Of a stretch of 64,000 bases of DNA, positions 59,611 through 64,000 are shown in pieces. This stretch comes from an uncultured Gammaproteobacteria bacterium (GTDB lineage Bacteria > Patescibacteriota > Microgenomatia > Levybacterales > UBA12049), in NCBI GenBank assembly GCA_964525395.1, contig CAZGGU010000002.1:30263-94262 (forward strand), written 5' to 3'. The notes under the pieces are model-generated. The model made no database searches, was not told the origin of the DNA, and saw only the letters and a list, made by a program, of their open reading frames with translations. Position 1 is the first letter of the stretch. Every line of letters starts with the position of its first letter. The position numbers and the translations under genes are program-made.

Positions 59611-59657
59611 GCTTCTGTAGCTCAGCCCCGATTAAATCGGGGTCAGCGGTTAGAGCG
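59611..59657 (+). pseudogene. Duplicated 5' third of tRNA-Ile interrupted by a palindromic insert
   Basis: GCTTCTGTAGCTCAG + CCCCGATTAAATCGGGG + TCAG + CGGTTAGAGCG; flanks identical to the start of the intact tRNA. Confidence 0.85.
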
Positions 59658-59667
59658 GTTAATAAAA

Positions 59668-59740
59668 GCTTCTGTAGCTCAGCGGTTAGAGCGCTATCCT
59701 TATAAGATAGATGTCCTTGGTTCGATCCCAAGCAGAAGCA
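59668..59740 (+). tRNA. tRNA-Ile(UAU)
   Basis: GCTTCTG/CAGAAGC acceptor, CTATC-CTTATAA-GATAG anticodon arm, GGTTCGATCCC. Confidence 0.92.
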
Positions 59741-59814
59741 CTTCGATAAACTCAGCGTAAATACTTCTTGCTCTTCAATAGGGGTGACACTTTCAAATAT
59801 TGCATAGGGTTTGA

Positions 59815-60024
59815 CTAAATTAGGAATTTCCATTCCACCAGGAGCATGTTTAATGGTTGGAGGTGTGTATAGGCGGAATAAGGATGATCCCCGAAATTAG
59901 GAGATTCGTATCTCTGAATCTGAATCACTCTTTGACCGTCTTCAACAATCTCCACTACTTTATCAGTAGCTTGATATGGATTTTCAATAAAAAATAATAC
60001 TTCTTTGGCGAGCTCTGTGCTCAC
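59815..60024 (-). CDS. Small hypothetical protein or remnant
   Basis: 69-aa ORF with GTG start filling the gap; no motif. Confidence 0.4.
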   Translation of the reverse strand: MSTELAKEVLFFIENPYQATDKVVEIVEDGQRVIQIQRYESPNFGDHPYSAYTHLQPLNMLLVEWKFLI

Positions 60025-60059
60025 GAGGGAATTTAAGAAAAGTCAACAAAGCAATAGCT

Positions 60060-60920
60060 TTATAATTCTGTGAGGATTTGATTTTCAGGTGCTCTGTCTG
60101 GAACGAATTCTAGGTATCTCTCAGTGGTGGAGATTCTTTTATGTCCAAGGTTCTTAGAAAGTAAAACGATAGATGCGCCATGTTTAAGGTGATGGGCTAC
60201 ATATGTGTGTCTTAAGTCATTAACCTTCGCATTTTTAATCTCAGCGAGCCTGAAGTATCTTTCAACACTAGTTCTAATATTTCTAATTAGGAATGGTTTT
60301 CCTGATTTAGTGATAAACAAATGATCCTCTTCTACTTGTGGGCGAACATCTAGGTATTTTTTAAGTGCTTCTTGAGCCCTTTTGTTTAATGGTACAGTTC
60401 TTTCCTCGTGTTTTTCCATAGCCGGAATGTGGAGGGAATCTTTTTGAATATCTGATAATTTAAGTGCAGTAAGTTCTCCGATTCTGATTCCAGTTTGGAG
60501 TAAAAGTTCGATAATAGCTGACATTCTGGCGTCATTTCTTGCAGCATCTCTTAAAGCTCTATACTCTGTAGGAGTAAGGATTCTGGGAGGTGCGAGCTGA
60601 TATTTAGGGTGAGCTACGAGTAGGGAGGGATCATCTGTAACATATTCGTTAACTTTAAGGAATCTATAGAAAGTTCTAGTAGAGTTAATCTTTCTTGAAA
60701 CCGACTTAGGAGTATAGCCTTCTTCGTTCATTTTTCCAAGAAAAGCTTCGAGGTCAGCCTGAGAAACTTCATGAACATTTTGCTTTTCGAGGCTGTTCAA
60801 AAAGTCTACTAGCTGCTCGATATCTTTACCGTATGCTACAATTGTTGAGGTAGAATGACCCTTGGATTTAAGAAATTCTTTGAACTCCGCACTGGCATCT
60901 ACCAACTGAATCTGATTCAT
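60060..60920 (-). CDS. XerC/XerD-like tyrosine recombinase
   Basis: SAM-like N-domain (STIVAYGKD, SVSRKINS.R.FY.FL), TGIRIGEL, NDLRH, LGH..ISTTERY. Confidence 0.92.
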   Translation of the reverse strand: MNQIQLVDASAEFKEFLKSKGHSTSTIVAYGKDIEQLVDFLNSLEKQNVHEVSQADLEAFLGKMNEEGYTPKSVSRKINSTRTFYRFLKVNEYVTDDPSLLVAHPKYQLAPPRILTPTEYRALRDAARNDARMSAIIELLLQTGIRIGELTALKLSDIQKDSLHIPAMEKHEERTVPLNKRAQEALKKYLDVRPQVEEDHLFITKSGKPFLIRNIRTSVERYFRLAEIKNAKVNDLRHTYVAHHLKHGASIVLLSKNLGHKRISTTERYLEFVPDRAPENQILTEL

Positions 60921-60921
60921 A

Positions 60922-61302
60922 ATGGCCTATAATATCACAAAATCGAACCAAGCGTCAACAGCTAAAACGATTTTATTTGTTATTGCAGTAATAATTAGCC
61001 TCATAATAATTAATATTTTAGTGCGTTCAATTTATGATACTTGGCGAAAAAAAGACTTAGTTGTTAAAGCCAAAACTAATTTAGCCCAGCAAAAAGAAGA
61101 AAATAGGAGGTTAAAAATGCAACTTTCTATGGTAAATGACCCAAATTTTGTCGAAAGAGAAGCTCGGGATAAGCTTTTCTTGGTAAAGCCTGGGGAGTCA
61201 AGCGTAATCGTGCCTCAGGATTTGGTAGATAAAAAAGAGAATAAAGAAATTATAATCGTGCCTAATTATCTACAGTGGATTAATTTGATATTGGGAAGAT
61301 AG
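60922..61302 (+). CDS. Septum formation initiator (FtsB/DivIC family)
   Basis: TM, coiled coil, DP.FVEREARDKL.LVKPGE; start uncertain. Confidence 0.85.
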   Translation: MAYNITKSNQASTAKTILFVIAVIISLIIINILVRSIYDTWRKKDLVVKAKTNLAQQKEENRRLKMQLSMVNDPNFVEREARDKLFLVKPGESSVIVPQDLVDKKENKEIIIVPNYLQWINLILGR

Positions 61303-61377
61303 TTGGTGGCGAGGTTTTCGTGCTTGAAGGCACATATGGAAGCTTACGCCTCTTATTTCTCGCCACCGTTTGCGAAG

Positions 61378-62304
61378 CTAATTCTCTACTTCTTTAGAGT
61401 AAGGAGCAGATCTTGTCAGAGAAGGATTGTTTGGCAGATTGATGAATGGACAGATCCGATTCTTCTGCGCCATAACGAACTGACCGGCAAGAATGATTGC
61501 GGGGGTGCCGTGTTCAATCTTGGAAGCCGGAAGACTGCTCTGTGTCTGGTATCGTTTGCGCAAAATGCGCGAGTGGTTCCAATCCTTGATCCTATCAAAA
61601 AAGAATATCGTCAAAACAATTAGGAAACTAATTCCAAAAACAAAAGCTACAACTGCTGTCAGGATAAGAATCCAACTCAGCGTACGTTCGACTCCTACTA
61701 GAAAGAAGGAGAAAACGATTGTGCCTGCTGCAGCCACGCTCCAAGGATAGATCACCTTAAATCGACCTTGAAACCAAAACCAACCTACGATATTTCGACC
61801 GTATCTTAGGTTTGTCCATTCGTTGAATTTGAAAATAGGCCAGCAAGGAGCCAAAAACAGAACGGCTAGCAGGTAAAACAATTTGTCAAAGAATGAAATT
61901 ACTGTTCTTACCCAACGCTTGTGCTTATTGTTTTCCATATATGAAATTAGTAGAAAGGATGAAATTGCTATCATGCCGATTGTGGTAAAGAATATCACCA
62001 TGAAAATTGTAAAAAAGAACTTATCAGGAGCGATCAGATAAACGACCATACTACTCAGGGTGATGATGACAGAGAGTGCGATCATCCAGAGTCGGACTGC
62101 TCTATAAAGACGAGCTTTGAAAAACCAAAAAATTGGTGCCCAAATCAGTACAACACGCATGTAGTGGCAGAGATTTTCTGCATAGCCTTGTCGGACTCTA
62201 CCGCCTTGGTTCATCCACCAGAGATAGACGCGATAGTGCCAGGAATTCTGGTTTACCGACATTGACTTGCGGTGTCGATCCACAGGATTTCCCGTGAATG
62301 ACAT
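61378..62304 (-). CDS. Multi-TM hypothetical protein
   Basis: Several TMs, Trp-rich; AAGGAG SD before ATG 62304. Confidence 0.7.
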   Translation of the reverse strand: MSFTGNPVDRHRKSMSVNQNSWHYRVYLWWMNQGGRVRQGYAENLCHYMRVVLIWAPIFWFFKARLYRAVRLWMIALSVIITLSSMVVYLIAPDKFFFTIFMVIFFTTIGMIAISSFLLISYMENNKHKRWVRTVISFFDKLFYLLAVLFLAPCWPIFKFNEWTNLRYGRNIVGWFWFQGRFKVIYPWSVAAAGTIVFSFFLVGVERTLSWILILTAVVAFVFGISFLIVLTIFFFDRIKDWNHSRILRKRYQTQSSLPASKIEHGTPAIILAGQFVMAQKNRICPFINLPNNPSLTRSAPYSKEVEN

Positions 62305-62485
62305 GTTTTTCGCACTCCTTTCTCTGTAGATATAGATTACTTCGCAAAATTTAAACGTGCATATAACCTCCAGTAGTTGGCCGCATTTGGCCAGGCTGTG
62401 ATTAAGTTTGAGCATTCTATCAAACTATAAGTCAGAAAACAATTAAAGCATTGAAATGTTGGCTTCATAAGATTATATTTCCCAC

Positions 62486-63115
62486 ATGAGCGAATTTAAT
62501 GAGCGCGATGTAGTATTTTTGAAGCAGGCTGGTGAAGCAGTGGTTGATCCAATATATCCAGGTCTTCTAGAAGGTATTTTAAGGCTAAAGCAAGAAGGTG
62601 TAGGGAGGTCTATTGTGATGGATAGAGCGAATGAAGTGGGGAAAACGGTACGAAGAGATGTGGGATATATTCTTCCATTAAAGCCTGATCAATCTCAGCA
62701 TTTGGTAATTTTCGTTAATGGTGGAATTTGCATAACTGAACCAAGTGATCCGAAAGAGAAAGCAGTTTACAAAGCAAAGATGCAACCAAACAATAGATCT
62801 CTCTCTGTAAATTTAGATGTCTCTATGGAAGATTTAATTCGTTTATGGATGGATGGTAGTACTTTTTTGAAATCAAAAGTAATAGTAGCAAATGAGAATG
62901 AAGAATCAGTCCCAGTGATTAATAAAGCAATTCAAGATGCGATTTTAATAGCTTTTGAGCTCAGAGACCAGAGAAGAGAAGCGCATCAGTCAAGTATTTC
63001 TCAGACCGCAGCAGAGCTTGTAAGAGTGCTTGATATTACATTTGATACACACTTATCAGACTCAGAAATAGAGGGTCTTGAAGTTTCTCCAGACCAAGAT
63101 GAGGAAATTGCTTAA
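62486..63115 (+). CDS. Hypothetical protein
   Basis: 209-aa ORF with TTGAAA-17-TATATT promoter 6 nt upstream. Confidence 0.75.
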   Translation: MSEFNERDVVFLKQAGEAVVDPIYPGLLEGILRLKQEGVGRSIVMDRANEVGKTVRRDVGYILPLKPDQSQHLVIFVNGGICITEPSDPKEKAVYKAKMQPNNRSLSVNLDVSMEDLIRLWMDGSTFLKSKVIVANENEESVPVINKAIQDAILIAFELRDQRREAHQSSISQTAAELVRVLDITFDTHLSDSEIEGLEVSPDQDEEIA

Positions 63116-63119
63116 TTTG

Positions 63120-63188
63120 TTGCGGGGCTAGGAGTTGCGCCTAGCCTGTGAGATTATGAGCCTCACGTGCACTGTACACTACCCCGCG
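63120..63188 (-). tRNA. Initiator tRNA-fMet(CAU), atypical
   Basis: CGCGGGG/CCCCGCA with C1:A72 mismatch, CTCATAA loop; reduced D-loop, T-loop CGCAACT. Confidence 0.85.
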
Positions 63189-63277
63189 CGTAATGAGTAT
63201 TATAGCACTTGATTAGCCTCGGGTCAAACCTATAAAGTTTAATTTAGCCTTGATTTCTGTTATAATTATCGAGACTT

Positions 63278-63352
63278 GGCTGCGTAGCTCAGTGGTAGAG
63301 CGGTGTCTTCATAAGGCAATGGTCGCAGGTTCGAACCCCGCCGCAGCCACCA
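63278..63352 (+). tRNA. tRNA-Met(CAU), elongator, CCA encoded
   Basis: GGCTGCG/CGCAGCC acceptor, TTCATAA loop, GGTTCGAACCC. Confidence 0.9.
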
Positions 63353-63365
63353 AATCACCCCAACT

Positions 63366-64000
63366 ATGAATATTGATCAACTAAAAAATAAAAAAATTGC
63401 AGTAATTGGTGAAGGAGTAGAGGGAAAATCTTCTTTTGAATATCTTAAATCACAAGGCGCAGATGCAGAAGTCTTAGATCAAGCGCAGGGTGAAGATTAC
63501 TTAAATGATCTTGATCGTTTTGATTTGATTGTTCGTTCGCCAGGCGTTAAGGCTTTAGACCTCCAAAAATTAGTAGATCCTAAAAAAATAACTTCTCAGA
63601 CTAAATTATTTTTTGAACTTGCTCCAACTAAAAATATTATTGGAGTAACAGGTACGAAAGGAAAGGGAACTACTTCTACTCTTATTTATGAAATGTTAAA
63701 AGCAGCTGGATTTGATGTCTATCTAGGGGGAAATATTGGTGTTCCACCTTTTAATTTCATGGATAAATTGACACCTGAATCATGGGTAGTTTTGGAAATG
63801 TCGTCATTTCAGCTTCAGGATCTTCAAAAAAGCCCGCATATTGCAGTCATGCTTATGGTGACATCGGAACATCTTGATTACCACAGCGATATCGAGGAGT
63901 ATATTGAGGCGAAGAGGAATATTCTATCCCACCAGACCACAGATGATATCGCAATAGTAAATAGAGATTATCCAGCCTCGAATGAATCCGATATATATAC
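63366..64000 (+). CDS. murD: UDP-N-acetylmuramoyl-L-alanine--D-glutamate ligase (3'-truncated)
   Basis: Own translation: KKIAVIGEGVEG, RSPGV, IIGVTGTKGKGTT, GGNIG, LEMSSFQL, EHLDYH. Confidence 0.95.
   Translation, partial: MNIDQLKNKKIAVIGEGVEGKSSFEYLKSQGADAEVLDQAQGEDYLNDLDRFDLIVRSPGVKALDLQKLVDPKKITSQTKLFFELAPTKNIIGVTGTKGKGTTSTLIYEMLKAAGFDVYLGGNIGVPPFNFMDKLTPESWVVLEMSSFQLQDLQKSPHIAVMLMVTSEHLDYHSDIEEYIEAKRNILSHQTTDDIAIVNRDYPASNESDIY

Noticed and set aside
59594-59833. 79-aa minus-strand ORF, possibly a frameshifted continuation of 59815-60024
   Set aside because: Runs antisense through the tRNA-Ile gene; no homology evidence available
61305-61367. Possible hammerhead ribozyme or tRNA remnant
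   Set aside because: No CUGAnGA core and no T- or anticodon-arm consensus
1211-61750. Numerous antisense or alternate-frame ORFs in the track (e.g. 1211-1666, 4810-5271, 11660-12106, 31788-32213, 45326-45742, 61303-61623)
   Set aside because: They overlap well-supported genes or RNAs, have shadow-like composition and show no motifs
59611-63352. Integrative element or prophage defined by tyrosine recombinase plus tRNAs
   Set aside because: Recombinase is XerC/D-like and flanked by ftsB; no att pair enclosing cargo and no phage genes
63278-63352. tRNA-Ile2(CAU) assignment
   Set aside because: Acceptor stem GGCTGCG resembles elongator Met and a UAU Ile tRNA is present; cannot be fully excluded without isotype models
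1-64000. Alternative genetic code (UGA=Gly) as in Gracilibacteria/Absconditabacteria
   Set aside because: Conserved genes are full length under code 11 and TGA serves as stop (e.g. pduO, rnpA)

Overview
AT-rich chromosomal window around the replication origin of a small-genome bacterium. Gene content, short proteins, tRNA set and near-leaderless genes point to Patescibacteria/CPR, probably Microgenomates (inference); the genetic code is standard. The order is: rplY, valS, rnhA and the jag-yidC-yidD-rnpA-rpmH / dnaA-oriC-dnaN block; a Patescibacteria-type T4SS locus abutting dnaN (VirB4, PrgI, four VirB2-like pilins, VirB6-like, lytic-transglycosylase-like and HEXXH proteins) with an ATPase-wHTH regulator; a tRNA-Ser/Arg region with orphan helical proteins; comF, tmRNA-smpB, two class A PBPs, pgk and cmk; an nrdR-nrdJ-cobalamin riboswitch-pduO module; a distant VirD4-like gene, a Xer recombinase, unusual tRNAs and the start of murD. 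Best candidate for an undescribed system: identically spaced OmpR/PhoB-type 11-bp-period boxes upstream of the 1037-aa orphan, an orphan operon and (weaker) the virD4 operon. This suggests a receiver-less ATPase-wHTH regulon linking T4SS cargo and coupling protein. Also notable: a probable unannotated 6S-like RNA, REP-like hairpins associated with partial tRNA duplications, tRNA-Ile(UAU), tRNA-Arg(GCG), a degenerate initiator tRNA and a 30-aa tmRNA tag. All family calls are by motif recognition, not database search.
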